From assembly GCA_905178155.1 (NCBI GenBank), contig CAJINV010000012.1:3343144-3407143 (forward strand): DNA of 64,000 nt. The letters run 5' to 3'. A model generated the notes under the pieces. That model made no database searches and was not told the DNA's origin. It worked only from the letters and a program-made list of their open reading frames with translations. The position numbers and the translations under genes are program-made. The stretch comes from Amoebophrya sp. A120 (taxonomy: Eukaryota; Protista; Dinoflagellata). This document shows, piece after piece, positions 1-13,198 of the stretch (its first letter is position 1; each line of letters opens with the position of its first letter).

Positions 1-32
1 ATCTTCTAGTACCGAAAGAGAACAAAAAGAAG

Positions 33-1661
33 ATGAAAATAGGACAAAGAGCGTTTGCGTTGCGCGAAGAGGTGACCAGTAGTCTCTCCCCGGCGGACGA
101 AGAGCCTACGATGACGTATCGCTGTCCTCAGACGGAGGTTTTACACCAGGGTGTGGATTTCAGGCCTGATTCTTTCTGCGGCAGCACTGCTTCTGCATCA
201 TCATCTTCTCCGAGCAAAGGTGGTGCAACACGAAGTAATTCCGGCGAACAGAGACAAGAACTGCAGTTGCTGACTTCGTGCCACGCGGCGAAGGGTTTGT
301 TAAGGGTAAACGCGCGGGGCGGATTGAATTCTTCGACATCGAGCACAACAAGCAGCGGCACAACATCTTCAAACTGTAGTCCAGTGTGGGGGTCCGAGCA
401 TTTTCTCGGGTCGGGCAAAGTGGATGTGCAGGGGATTGCGCGAATGACGCTGCCTCTAGAAGTAGTCGGGGAAAATGGTAAAACTAAAACTGACAGCGAA
501 AGAAGTAGAACACACATCCCGTTCATCGTTCTCTGCCACACCAACCAGGACCGGGTCATTTTGGCGCAGGAAGATGAACCTATTACAACGTCGGCGGGGA
601 TGAGTCAGAAGACATCCTCATCGTCATCCACTGCGTGTGCCTTCGCACTCACCGGCATCCGAAAACCGGCAGGGGTTTGCTGGAGTGAGAAGCAGAAAAC
701 GCTCTACGTCACCGCGGCGCACGCAGTGTTCGCTTTCAAGTTTGCACTGGAGCATGCGAGACTGGACGAAGGAACAAATGCAAATAACGAGAACTATCAA
801 CAAAAGAACATGAACGATACGACTAGTACCAACCGCCTTCTGTTCTACCCAGAGCAAAGTCTAACGCCTAACGCGACCTCGGAAGATCTGCTCAGAACTG
901 TCAAAGACGGAGCTGTATTTTCAGCGGCCGACTTTGGCCAATCAGCAGGTAGTACATCAACCACCACCTCCGACCAGATTCTCCCCTGCCTCTGCACCTC
1001 AACAGGTCAAGTTACAGAAATAAATCAACACCAGCCAAATAAACCCTCCAGCACGACGTGGTCTCCCCACTATCAATTGAAAGTCACACGACAACTGCTG
1101 CTCGGGTCCGGGAAGCGCGGCTCGACTCTACGCTCCCTCGCTTTCCCTTCGCAGATTGTGGTAGACGAAAAGCAGTCAACGTTGTTCATAGCGGATACCT
1201 TCAACGACCGGATTCTGAAGCTGGACTTAGCCACGAACCACTGCACGATCGCGATGGGGAGGGGGTTTTTAAGGAATTTGAAAAACCCACGGGGGGTTTG
1301 TTTGTCCAAAGACAGCAGTCTACTGTTCGTCGCCGACACGGGGGGACAAAGGATTTTGCAGACGCCGATAGCTGCGAACCAGACTTCTGGAGGTGAAAGA
1401 ACCATGCAAACATCTTCTTCGACGACAGGACCATTAATATCTGCCGGTGAAACTACAACGACCACAGCCGTAACAACGACCACCAGATTTTCATCCGCAG
1501 CGACAGGAGGCGTAACTACAAACCCTGTGACGTCCATTGAGGGAGATTCCCCTTGGATCCGACCTTGCTGTTTAATGGTGGATAGCAACTTTCTCTACGT
1601 CTCGGACAAGAACCGACTGTCACGGGTTTTAGTGGAAGAAGCGTCGGAATCGGTGATATGA
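33..1661 (+). CDS. NHL-repeat (beta-propeller) protein, possibly 5'-incomplete
   Basis: 542-aa ORF with NHL-type repeats LAFPSQIVVD..LFIADTFNDRILK and LKNPRGVCLS..LFVADTGGQRI. Confidence 0.7.
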   Translation: MKIGQRAFALREEVTSSLSPADEEPTMTYRCPQTEVLHQGVDFRPDSFCGSTASASSSSPSKGGATRSNSGEQRQELQLLTSCHAAKGLLRVNARGGLNSSTSSTTSSGTTSSNCSPVWGSEHFLGSGKVDVQGIARMTLPLEVVGENGKTKTDSERSRTHIPFIVLCHTNQDRVILAQEDEPITTSAGMSQKTSSSSSTACAFALTGIRKPAGVCWSEKQKTLYVTAAHAVFAFKFALEHARLDEGTNANNENYQQKNMNDTTSTNRLLFYPEQSLTPNATSEDLLRTVKDGAVFSAADFGQSAGSTSTTTSDQILPCLCTSTGQVTEINQHQPNKPSSTTWSPHYQLKVTRQLLLGSGKRGSTLRSLAFPSQIVVDEKQSTLFIADTFNDRILKLDLATNHCTIAMGRGFLRNLKNPRGVCLSKDSSLLFVADTGGQRILQTPIAANQTSGGERTMQTSSSTTGPLISAGETTTTTAVTTTTRFSSAATGGVTTNPVTSIEGDSPWIRPCCLMVDSNFLYVSDKNRLSRVLVEEASESVI

Positions 1662-2439
1662 GGTTCGGATAGTGGTTTCCAGCAACAAACGTGGTTTCGA
1701 TCAACGGCAAGAACTTTTTCGGGATGATGCTACGATGTTGCGCGGTTCAGGAAAGGCACTATGTGTGAGTGGTTATTCATAAATCATATTCATCTTCACA
1801 AGAAAACTTCAACTTGATTGAATTTAGAATGTGATCTCGTTTCGGTTTCCGTTTCTGTTTCTTTTCGTCAGCCAGTTTCGGCGTCGAGACGACACATCTA
1901 AAGATTGCTGCAGATCATGACACGGGTTGTCAGGATGAACGTCGCACTTTGTGTTTCCAAACCTAACGAAAGTAGTTTTTGAAACAAGAATGGAGAACAA
2001 ACTCCGGCTCGGCGGCATGCCGTCCTTCGACGCATTCTGCGAAATTTGTTCCTGGTAATTCGTTGTGCCGGTTTGTGCTGGTACGACATAGATTTTTTGT
2101 CGTTCAATGCAAGCGAGGGGCTTCACCTTCAATTAGGATGAGCAAGAGAAAGAGAGAGTTTCTCCGTTTCTCAAGGTCTTCGAGCGATGGAAAGATGATC
2201 AACGCAGATGGTCCGTGCTGCTTTCTTGCTCTGGATAGACAGGAGGAAATCCGTGGCACGGTACGGGAATGCACTGTTCTACGAGAGAGGTGGAGCACAG
2301 TGGGCATAGAAAAGCGTGTTGCTCACATGTTGCTGGACGAGTTTGTATTTTAGTGTTCCTGCTGGCTCGCTGTCGCCTGATGGTTTTTCTTTCCATCCCT
2401 TCGAGTTCAAACTATCGAAGAAGCTTGATCTCGCCTTGT

Positions 2440-4330
2440 GTTGTAGCGCTTTTTGTTCGTGGACTGCCCTGTCGGCGCGCTGCGCCGGGGGCTCGGCGAA
2501 GGGATGGGGCCCGGCCACGTACTTCCGTACCGCCACAAACAGTGGGCCAGGCCGCGGGCGCGTTTTCGACAGCAGCGACGACGATATCCTTGCAAGACAT
2601 CGGCGCCACCATGCCGCCACCCGGCGCGCGAAGCTGTGCCCGGCTCTTTCGCGCGAAAAGCCTGCGCTGGCTGCCCCCCTCTGATGATTTGGCCGGGGCG
2701 CGCGGGCTCGCGAACTTTCGCGCCAGCGGCCCCCCCCCGTCCTTCGCGGCAGGCGTGCCCCCGTGTCGTTCGCCTGCCCAGGTCGGTGGGCGGTTTTTGC
2801 CTTTCTCCCGACCCAAAATTCTAAGGGTCCGCCATGGCATATGATCCGGCCGGGCGCAGATAGCGCCGTGGCTGCCCGGGTGCGAGAAAGAATCAATCGG
2901 GCCCGCAGTTCGCTCGCCCACGCAGTTGCTGCGCGCCCGCCGACCCGTTGCGCGCCGCCCAGTGCATGGAGCTTCCATAGCACCTCCGCTGCGCGCTTGG
3001 GAGGAGGGAGAAGGGCCGGCGCCGCGATTAGCTTCCAGGAAGAAGAAGAGGCTCCTCGCCATGATGCGGAGAGCAAGCATGGCAAACATTTGGTGGCAGG
3101 GGCGCCCTGCGCAACCAGTCCTCGTTTCTTTTCCCGGCAAGGAGAGGCAGTGCCGGCTAGCCTATTGCCTTCTTCGGACGAACTTCCGTCGTTTGGCGTT
3201 CGGCCTGGTGGTGAACAATTTTTATTGGTGACAGGACCAAGGAGAAAGCAAAAGTATACAATCCGGGTGAGTGGTTGGCATAGACAGTGGCGAGATCATG
3301 ACTCATATAGGTGGGAGCGTGAGGGTGAGTTGATTGTTGTTGCCCCAAGAGGAAGGATGGGAGGGAGGGAGACTGAGGATTTACGGCAACAGAACTTTGA
3401 GAAGTAGAGCACCCCATCTTGTTTATAGTGGAGCACTGAATCCACAACGCCCCAAAACCACACTCAGCATAGACTCAGGCATGCTTGCTTTTCCTCGACG
3501 CGAAGGAAAGAGGACGCGAGCTATGTCTGGCTCCTCCGCCGCGGAATTCGTTTTGGTTTTGGCGGTGGTGCAAATGCGTAATTGCCTTAGCGCAGCGGGT
3601 CCGCAGCTGTTACGAGGCGAACGGCGCTACAGGAGGAGCGCGAGCGCTTCCGCCCTTGTTTGGCGGGGGTATGTAAGTGCAAGCGGCTGGCCTCGGAGTA
3701 TGTTGCGGCGGTAGTTCCGCGCGGGGCGCGGGCGGTGAGCGAAGTAAAAATGCTCCGGGGGCCGGCGTGTGTGCCCCTCTTCCCAAGAAGCGTTCCAGCC
3801 GGCCCGCACCAGAGCAGCGGCCCCCGCGGAAACTCGTGGACATGGTGATGGTCGTCAGCCAATGCAGACAGGCGCCCGCCGGCCGCCCGCTTTTTGTAGT
3901 CTGCCAGCGCGCCCGGCGGCGGCCGCGCGCTGCTGTTTCCGTCGTCCGCGGCAGCGACTGGGCCTGTGGCGCCCGCCCTTCCTTTGGTGCCGCACTCCAA
4001 AACCCCGGGCGGGCGGGACGCGGCGGGGCGATGTTATCCGCCCCGCGGCATTGGCCTGCGCGCGCCCCCCACCGGCCCGCCTACCCCCACCCCGCAGGCA
4101 GACAACGCGGCCGGCCGGGGGCATGGGGCAGCGCGCACCAGTGCTGGCGCGTATTCGCGGCGGCCTCGGCCCCCGGGTCGGTCCGCGTGGTTTTGCGATT
4201 GCAATTGGTCGGCCGCATGCATGTTTTTGAGCCTCAGGCGCCGGCGACTCAATATCGGTCGCCCCGCAAGGACCTCTTCCTATCTCCTGACTCTAGTTCT
4301 GCGTGCTCAGAGACCGTGGCCACAGCCATT
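2440..4330. other. Very GC-rich island of unknown origin, probably a decayed mobile element
   Basis: Abrupt compositional shift; only Arg/Pro/Gly/Ala-rich ORFs in all frames; boundaries approximate. Confidence 0.35.
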
Positions 4331-4597
4331 GGTCTGGACGTGCATCCCTGGTGGGCGTGTGGCTGGGCGAGCGAGTGTTCAGAAAAGAGTTGTTGTGTGT
4401 GAGAAAAGAGTTGTATTTTCTAAGGTGGCATCTTCATGAAACTCTTACTTCTGTTCATGTGCATATCCCGTGCCCGTCGGACTGGGACACTGTCGCAGGA
4501 GCATTTGATAGCGCTCCCCTTTGCTGTTACCGTGCTAAAGTATTCCAACCTTGATCCGCAGCACAACCCCGAACCATTCCACACCACCTGATGCTGC

Positions 4598-7500
4598 ATG
4601 CCGTTCACGGTTCGCACAGCCAGCTGGGCGGTTGCCGTGGACGAGAAGTACGATCCCGATGAGTACCTCCAAGCCGAAGAGGAGGCCACCCAGCTGGCCC
4701 GGGATGAGTTCAAGAACGTGTTCGAGTCCCGCCGCATCGAGGAGAACCGGATCCGGGTCCGCCGGTTCGAAAAGTTGAGGCGCAAAATCGATCGCATGCG
4801 GGATGTATGCACTGCAAGAGAAAGAGTGTCGTACTAGTATAAATCGCATGACAACTCTTCACAAAAGGATAAGTTGAGCTTGTTATGCTGATTCGCCTCA
4901 GAGTCCAGATTCGTCATGCAGAATTGCACTTACGACTACGAGTGCGATACTTTTGCAGAGGATAGGATGGCTGCTACGCGGACGCCGCTTTACAGCAGCA
5001 AATCCAGCGCGGGTACGGGGAGTTGGGCCTGTTGTTCGCGGTGAATTTGTTTTTCGTGTTAGAAGTGACCGGAGCGGTTGGAAATACAAACAAGGACGAT
5101 GGAACAACTTCTAGCGGAACCACAACAGCCGACGATGAGGGGTTGCTCATCACAAAGATCTGCTTCGTCGTCCTCATCACGACCCGGATGGCCTACATCT
5201 ACTACCTGGACCACCTCCAGCGGTACGAGAAGATGTTCAAACTGGAATCCGTATCCTGAGTAAAAGTGTCCCCACCGCATATTTGTGATGCAATTCTGCA
5301 TGCCAAAAAAGTTTCTCATGCGGAGCCCTATGAGAAGCGTTTTCTATTTGTGTTTTGGAATTTGTGATGCGAGAATCAGCATGCTATGCTAGGTCTGTGA
5401 CGCTGCTGACCTACCTAAAACAGGATTACACAACGAGGACCTACTTGTCATGCCAAACAACCAAAGCTGGTTGGTTTGTCTACGCAGATTTTCCAACTTG
5501 ACTCTGGTATGGGGACGCTTTTACTCAGGATAATCCGCGATCAAGCACGGTGTGCAAAACGCTTTATCCGAAATTGCCAAGGACGAAAGATTCGCGGACC
5601 CAAAACTCCGGCCCACTTTGCTCGAGCCGGTCAACGTATGAGATTGCACAACTCCCCCTCCCCCTCATTTGTATGCATGGTATGAGCAGCAATACAGACA
5701 CCAGCTCAAATGGAGCCTGCGCATGACAAATCTACACACGGATTGGAGTGTTGTTTGTGGTTCCAAAATTTGTCATGCTAACCGTGCTTACAGACAAGGT
5801 GTGGATTTGGGTTTTTGCATCACAAATGAGGGGGAGGGGGAGTAGTTGTGCACTCTCATACAACGCGCGGGACACGAAAATCGAGTGGCGGTCTGCAAAT
5901 TGGAGAAAGTTGGACAGTAGTTCTTTTGGAAGAAATTCTAGTAGCTCGACGTCCCCCGGCGGCACAACTACTACTTCTAGAAGGCCAATGCCCAGCCTTT
6001 TGCGCCAGAGCCTCGGTGACGAAGAGTTGGAAAAAGAGGCGAAGGACTGGAGCAGCAGTGTCACGTTAAAATCAGTTTTTGGAGGCGGAGGTAAAAATAA
6101 CGCGTCTCGAGTTGGTGTTGATGTGTCTGGCTCCCCTTCGGCCAGGAGAAGCGGCCCACTTAGAGACAGCCGGACGACGGATGCGGCGAGAGAAAGTCCG
6201 CAGGCATCGTCCGAGGAGGGGGAGGATTTGCAGGATTTTGTTTGCAATGAAGCCTCCTCCGCAGAAGTTCCAGGCGACAACAAGACCGTAAAAGACGACA
6301 AACCAGCTGGTGAAGAAGATGGCCCCGCCGCATCATCCCCAACCGTCCCGGCCCCACCGCCACCCCCGTCCGCCTGGCCCTGGTCGCCGGATGTGGACTC
6401 GGATTCTGACAGCGAGAACGAGGATATAACAGTGCACAACATCCCCTCACCCTCATTTGTATAGCATGAACGGCAATACAAGCTTCAGCAAGAGTGCCGG
6501 TTTTGCATCACAAATAAATTTGCACTGGAGTATAGTGCTATTTGGGCTACCAAGAACTTCTCATGCAAACAGTGCCAAGAGGCAACGGGTGGATTGCGTA
6601 TTTTGCATTACAAATGAGCGGGAGGGGGAGTTGTGCACTCTCATAGAGGACGAGTGCGAGCCGGTCGCGGAGCTTCCGCTGGGCGAAGGGTTGCCCGGTG
6701 CGGCGACAAGATCTAGCTTCATGACGACGGGCGTGGTCGGCGGGCCGAATAAGCGAGGGTCGCTGATATTAGCAGGGGCACAACACCATCAATCGGTTTC
6801 CATGCGACGAAACACCAGCGATCTGATTGGCAACGGGGTCATTTTAGGCCTGGAAAACATCGGCTCAACATCTGCGATGGGAGGTGGAGCTATTCACAGT
6901 GGTTCCGCGGCGGGTGCGGATAATGTTGGTCACTTCTCGTCGACGTCCCATCAGCCGAAAGAACTCGTTTCTCGGTCCCGGCAAAACTCGTTCTTAGTGA
7001 CCGCCTCTATGGCCCCGAACATCAAGGAAACCGGGACCATTGGCACGGTGAAAGACACGGTGGTTGCGGAAGACGAGCAGGACAATTTGACCAGCCAAAG
7101 GAGAAGGAGCTCGCTGTCAGTTCCCACTGGAGGGCTGAACTTGAATCAGCGGCGAGCGTCGCTGGGAGGGGGCGGCGGCGGGGGCAGGAGAGGAAGCACG
7201 AGCGGAGCAGGTAAAGAACAAAATTGAGCCGGTTTCTTCGTTATTGTTTGCGCACTATGAACGTCCTGCTGTGTTTCACATTCATTTGAGAGGTTGTTGT
7301 CCTGTCCACGTATGATGTCAAAACCTATATTTCAGGTACTACCGGCCTGAGCCGCACAGCAGCTGCAAGCAAAGCGCGCAAAAAGGAGAAGGATCCGCAG
7401 CGGAGCCGGAAGGAGAACCCGTTTTCGCAGCTCTTCAAAGAGGCTGAGTCAAATGAGGAGGACGCAATTCCGTTTTTCACCAACGATCCTCTTAGCACTT

Positions 7501-10500
7501 TGCTGCTATCTACAACTTCCTCCGCTGCAACAGGGTCGGTTGATGACGAAGACGATTTGAGGGATGGTGGAACTGCGACGTTTTTAGAAGGGTTAGACGA
7601 CGACAAAGTTGGTCATTTTCCGACGAAAACTGATTCAACGTCGTCTACTGCAGGGAAAAATGAAGAGCCAAATGGTGCTGACAAGAAGCGGCCCGCAGCT
7701 GAGGTCATGCCTTCCTGGCTGTCAGAAGCGCTGAAAGCAGAAGGGTGGCGACCGCCGAACCAGGGTAGAGGTAGTGCCGACGCCGCGGAAGGGGGAGGGG
7801 GAGCTCCTGGAATTATCGGTAGCGACAAAGCAGAGCTTTCATCTAGTGCTACAACCGGCCTTCCATCCGCGACTTTCAACATTGCCAAGAACATCACAGC
7901 ATCCAAAGGTTTGCTCTCTTCCATGTTCACCTCCCGCCGGGCGTCGACTGCCGCAGCGACCGTCGTGCCACAACATCCGAACGAAGCTACTGCACCAGGT
8001 GAAACATCATCAGCCACCGCCGGCCCAAAGCCCAAATGGGTCCCGCAGCGCCAGGATTCGGGCTTGAATTTTCTCGGGGTCCTCCCCACGGCGAAGGGTG
8101 GGGGTTTAGGATTTTGGCGCGTCCCTTTGCCGAGTAGAAGGACCAGCACGATTCCCACGGCGGCGAATAATTTTTCCCGCCGCGCGTCCGCGATGGGAAA
8201 TTTGACGAGCAGAAGAGCGAGTCAGGATCAAACACAGTTCACGCGGCCAATTGAGGAGACGATCGTGGAAACCAGTACGAGTTTAACCGACACGGTGGAG
8301 ACTTCTTTGAACAACAAGAATATAATCCGGGGCGGAACAAACGCGACGGATTCGAAGAGGAGCTGTGGGTCGGTGGATGAAGAGGAGGAAGAGGATATTG
8401 AAAAAGCCGACGGATATAATTACGGTGAAAAACAAACAGAACACTCGACAGCTGCGTTGCAAGATCAGCACGCGAGGATGAACGCAGCGTCAGCTTCTTC
8501 TTCTTCTGCAGCTGCGAAACTGCAACAGAAAAAACCTCCTGCAGCTATAACCTGCTCAGGCGTTACAATCGCAAACGTTACAATAGAATCTGGGATTTGT
8601 ATTGCATGACGAACATGACAGACTCGCAGAGCGTTCCACTTTCTGCAATACAAATATCGCCAGACTCTAGTGCGGTTTGGGGCTCCGAAACTTGTCATGC
8701 GCAATCCTGTGGGACTAGGGTAGATCATGCACTTCCTGCATCACAGATTTCCAGATTCTATTGTAACGCTTGAGATTGTAACGTTTGAGCGGGCCATATC
8801 AGCGAAGCCCCGCCGGGTGTCCATTTTCGACGACTGGGCGAATCCGGTTGAGTCCACCATGGTGAAGCAGATGCGATCCCATTCAGTTGTGCTGGATAAG
8901 TCCGAGTTTATGAAACAATACCTCCAAGAACAACAGCAAGAGAATAAAGCACAAAGCGGTGAAAAGAACACCCAGATGACCAACCCCTTGCAAATCGACG
9001 ACTCCGATCTCCTTACCTGTGAGCCGGTAGAAGTAGATCAAGCGGACGGCAATACGGTGGACCAAGACATCATCGTTTTGCCGCTGTTTGAAAACGGGGC
9101 GAATTTGTGGGGAAGGAGACAGAGCCAAACCGGGGCGTTTTCCGGGTTTGTCCCCAGGTGCAATTGCCGGAACGGAATCCACACCTGTATGTCGCCTAGG
9201 AGTACCACTGCAACAACTGCGGTCGGAACGGTTGTGCCCTCGACGCAGCAGAGCGTGTTTAATTCGCAGTACGTCTCGCGGAGGGGGAGCGATTGGAAGG
9301 TACTGCTTTTGGTGAGTTTGAGAATAGATTTTTCTGCACGCTGAAAATTTTGCTCCTTCCGCGTATGCAACAAGGATAAATTCTGCGACTTCGGCTTCAC
9401 TGCCAGCACATAAATAAAAGCTGATAAACACGACCTCAAACCCACGACAGGACTCCGCGCGTCCTTCCGGCATGCTTGATAAGTCGATCGTACCTTCCCC
9501 GGAAAACGAGCTGCACATTTCCGTCCTAAAAGCCGGCGTGGAGCTTACCAACAACAAATCCCCGCACTTCGCCCCGTTCTCTCCGCCGGATCCATGCAGC
9601 CCGGGCGGAGGACCACAGGCGGTGGACTTTCAGATCGCAACTACTTCGAGTGGAATACTGGGAACTGCTGGCTTGCACCATCAGGAGGATGGGACAACAG
9701 CAGCTGCATCCCTCGGTGGCAGTCTTGTTTTCACGGGGGAGATGATTGACAGTACTTCTACGGGGATGAGCAACAGCCGAACGCACTTGCTACAGCAAGC
9801 AACTTCTGGAACAACCACGACCGGAGCTGCAATAGCTGCCGCGACCGCGGGGTCAGGTCCTAGTACAACCAACAGCAGCTTCGGTGCTATCGCCGTTTCA
9901 CCAGCGGCCAACCCGTTTAACAATCTTGCTCCCGCGGCCTCGGGCTTGCATCAGGTGCAAGATCATCATATCAATTTCGCCACGGCAACAACCGGAGTAA
10001 ATGTAAATCAAGGGCAAACAAGCATCCAACCGAAATTCGGGCTCGCGAACAGTTCCTCCAGCAACCCCGCGGAAATGGTAGCGGGGATCGAAGCGATTCA
10101 GGCGAAGGATTTGTATCAGAAGCTGCTCGATCCAAATGCAAACAACTACTCCGATGTTGTGGTCATCGACGTGCGGGGCCGGGACCACGAGGGTGGGCAC
10201 ATCCCGGATAGTATTTGGATCAAGACTAACGATGTGATCGCGAATCCGGGGTTTTTGATGGCGGAGATCCGGGCGCGGAAGGTCCGATCGGTGGTGTTCA
10301 CCTGTATGTACTCGGTGTTGCGGGCGAGACGATGTTGCACCGCGTTATCCGACTACCAACAGAAGGAAAGGCTGGAGTCGAAACACGCGGCGTACATGAT
10401 AAAAATCCAGATCCTGGCCGGCGGGTTCCATGGCTGGGTGAACTACTTTCTGAACAACAAGATGATTTCACTGCCGACAGAAACCACTGGTATGAAGAAT

Positions 10501-10935
10501 GCTCCTGCTGCACCCAGCACAGGAGGAGCCGCAGGAGCCACACACGACGAACAACAAGCTCCGACCAGCGCTTCCGAAGATTTGCTGTCCGGGAAGACCA
10601 CTACCACGCTCTTCGTGGAAGATTTCAAGCGGGAGTGCTGGACAAAGGCCACGAAAGACATCGGGGAGTCGCTGGGCTACGTGCACGTAATGGATGCGCT
10701 GTGGTCGGAGGCGGGGCAGAAAAAACTCATCAAGAACTTGGAAGAAGAACTCGAAAAATGCGCCCGGGAAAAACTCGGGGCGCAGTTGCAGATGTTGAGC
10801 GACGAAAGAGGTTGCGGTGGGGGTGGGAGCGAAAATGAAGAAGATGGGAAGGAGGAGGCAGAAGGGGGGCCAGCTGGTGAGGGTGACGGAGCGGCGTCTG
10901 GCGCGGGGAATAAAACGGGTGAAATATTAGTCTGA
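4598..10935 (+). CDS. Large low-complexity protein with C-terminal Cdc25/Acr2-like rhodanese domain (multi-exon; start uncertain)
   Basis: ORFs 4598, 5023, 5748, 6457, 7500, 8727 and 9472 join in frame after removing 5 palindromic inserts and GT-AG introns 7211-7335 and 9300-9450; motifs VIDVRGRDHEGGHIPDS, VVFTCMYSVLR, ILAGGFHGW. Confidence 0.75.
4806..4964. mobile_element. Introner family B
   Basis: TATGCACTGC...GCAGAGGATA, DR GGATG; removal gives RMRD-GCYADA. Confidence 0.9.
5252..5532. mobile_element. Introner family H (single copy here)
   Basis: TIR TATCCTGAGTAAAAGTGTCCCCA / TGGGGACGCTTTTACTCAGGATA, DR ATCCG; frame restored. Confidence 0.9.
5637..5860. mobile_element. Introner family D
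   Basis: TATGAGATTGCACAACT...AGTTGTGCACTCTCATA, DR CAACG; frame restored (VN-ARDTK). Confidence 0.9.
6425..6645. mobile_element. Introner family D
   Basis: TATAACAGTGCACAAC...GTTGTGCACTCTCATA, DR GAGGA; frame restored. Confidence 0.9.
8546..8798. mobile_element. Introner family C
   Basis: ~48-bp TIR TATAACCTGCTCA..GTTACAATAGAATCTGG; DR GCAGC/TCAGC; frame restored. Confidence 0.88.
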
Positions 10936-12422
10936 GTAGCAGTGATGTAGCAACGCAACTTCAACTTGAAAACAACAAAATTATACTATGCTTAGATAGA
11001 AGTAGAACGAAGGCATCGCGCAGCAAATGCGTCTCCACTCGTCGATTGAGTATTACAAAAATAGTCATGGAAAGTCTTCCAGTGAATTTGAAAACAACTG
11101 ACCCTGAGTTGTAGCCGCGTACTAGCAGAAGTTTCTCGTCCTCCTGTCCTAGTTTCGCGTTTTCGAATTTGTATTTTTTCACCATCAGGAGCGTCAACAT
11201 CTTCTCCCTTGAATGAGGAGCATGATGGAACCAAAACCAGTGCAGTAAACACTCATGGACCACAAGCAAGTTTCAATGAATCTATGGGGAACATCACGTC
11301 GTTCTCTAGCAAGGGACGATTCATATGAGCATCAGCGATTCGAACAATTATCCTCGAATAATGCGGCCGCTAATGTTGGTTCTGGGTAGTTCTTCGCCGG
11401 CCTATTCTTTGTTACCTATTTTTTGGAGCGAGGGGACCATCTGCAGTTATATTTCATTCGAGAGGAGCAAGAACAAGTCCGTTATTTTCACTAACGTGTG
11501 CAGCAATGAATAAAGAGTGCAAGAATGGAATCAGTATAGTATTTGAGAGTATTTTCATCATTATGGCGTCCTAGATCCACTACCGTTTTGGTTTTTTTTC
11601 CCGCCGGGACAAACTTGAGAGATTTTTTCTGCTCTGTTTTCGGCTCTTTTTCTTTCCGTCTTTTTGATTGGGCGACGTACCCATTGCATTGCTTTTGCTG
11701 TGGCATTTCATTCCTTCATTTCTGTTCCTCGTCCGGATAGGAAGGCAGTGACGGAAGAAGGGCACGTGGTTTTGGATGGCCACTGCCTAAATTTTCGTCA
11801 GTGCTGTGAAAACCGTTTTTAAAAACTTGTGAAGTAAGTATATAAAAAACAAACCAAAATCAAAATCTTTCGCCGTGCTACGGTACTACAACTACACAGA
11901 CTAGGGTGCTGAAGCAGGGCCGCGTTGTTGACGTGCTGATCACCACGACCGGAAAACCGAGGACGCTCCTGCAAGAAGAAGCTTGCTCCGACGGTGAACC
12001 TGAGTCTCTTTCGGGTTCTTCTTCCGCTTTATTTCTTCCTCTTCAGCAAGAATCTGAAACCAGTATTACCAAGGCACCGGCTCAACATTTTGTGACAACT
12101 GTGACCAGCATAGCAACGAACATGACAACTGGAACAAAAACGTTCAACACGATGAACGAAGGGTCCGAAGTAGAACCCAAGCAGGTCGTTGATATCGTGC
12201 AGAAGAACGCCTGCTCAACGGAAAAAGTAAAGGTCGAGGATCCGTCCACAGAAAATAACCAGAGCAACCAGCACGCCGGGAACTCGACGTTGCCCCCGCG
12301 TAAGGACATAATGGGAGAAGTAGGCGAAGATAAAAATAGAATCACCAGTACAACTGCTATGATCACCGCTCCAACCCCTTCTCTCTCCGAGAAGGATTTG
12401 GCTTTTGCCGAGGAGTTGCGGA

Positions 12423-12566
12423 TATGTAATGCAAAATTATCGTACTAGTATGAATCGGATGACAAATCTCCTCAGCATGAGAAATAAAATTTGTAATGCG
12501 GATTTAACTTGAAACAGCATGACAATGACTGCGATTACTACGAGTACGATACTTTTGCACAGGATA
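12423..12566. mobile_element. Introner family B
   Basis: DR GCGGA; removal gives EELRTKL, matching paralog EELRAKL. Confidence 0.9.
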
Positions 12567-12918
12567 GCGGACAAAGCTGGTGCTACTCAGCATCACAACA
12601 CCGCAGCTGCCCGACATTTCGGAAGATGAGGAGGAAAACGAAGTGCAACATCACGACAGCCATATCAACTCGCTGAAGTTCTTGAAGCAAGACAGCTATT
12701 TTAACGACACATCTACCCTGGTAGAGCCTTTTCGTGGAGTGACTGGAGGGAGTTTCCCCCCGTCCGTTTTTGTATATGGGCTGGCAGATCCCTAGAAGCT
12801 AATGCCTGGAGTTGTTGGTCTTCCACCCCTCTGAGTGGGGTCGGGGAAGGAGCCAGCGCGGACGTAGTCCGCAGGTCTCGCTGGATAGTTTGCTTTGTGA
12901 TGGATTCACATCGTTCTC

Positions 12919-13198
12919 GCGTTCTAATGAATGGTAGCTCATGTGCTCAGAGTGCACCGCAGTGCCATTCCGCCATTGAGGGCGCTTCCCAGCGGGGAAG
13001 GGTGATTTAGGAAGGTTGCGTTCTAATGGATGGTAGCTCATGTGCTCAGAGTGCACCGCAGTGCCATTCCGCCACTGAGGGCGTTTCCCAGCGGGGAAGG
13101 GTGATTTAGGAAGTTTTCGCTTTAATGGATGGCAGCTCATGTGCTCAGAGTGCACCGCAGTGCCATTCCGCCACTGAGGGCGCTTCCCAGCGGGGAAG
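12919..13198. repeat. ~99-bp tandem repeat, ~2.8 copies
   Basis: TTCTAATG(A/G)ATGGTAGCTCATGTGCTCAGAGTGCACCGCAGTGCC... starts at ~12922, 13021 and 13121. Confidence 0.9.

Noticed and set aside
4501-4510. GCATTTGATA resembling a family A right end
   Set aside because: No CCAGACCCAGACA core and no matching left end
12799-13155. 33-aa repeat protein on the minus strand
   Set aside because: By-product of the 99-bp tandem repeat inside the decayed element
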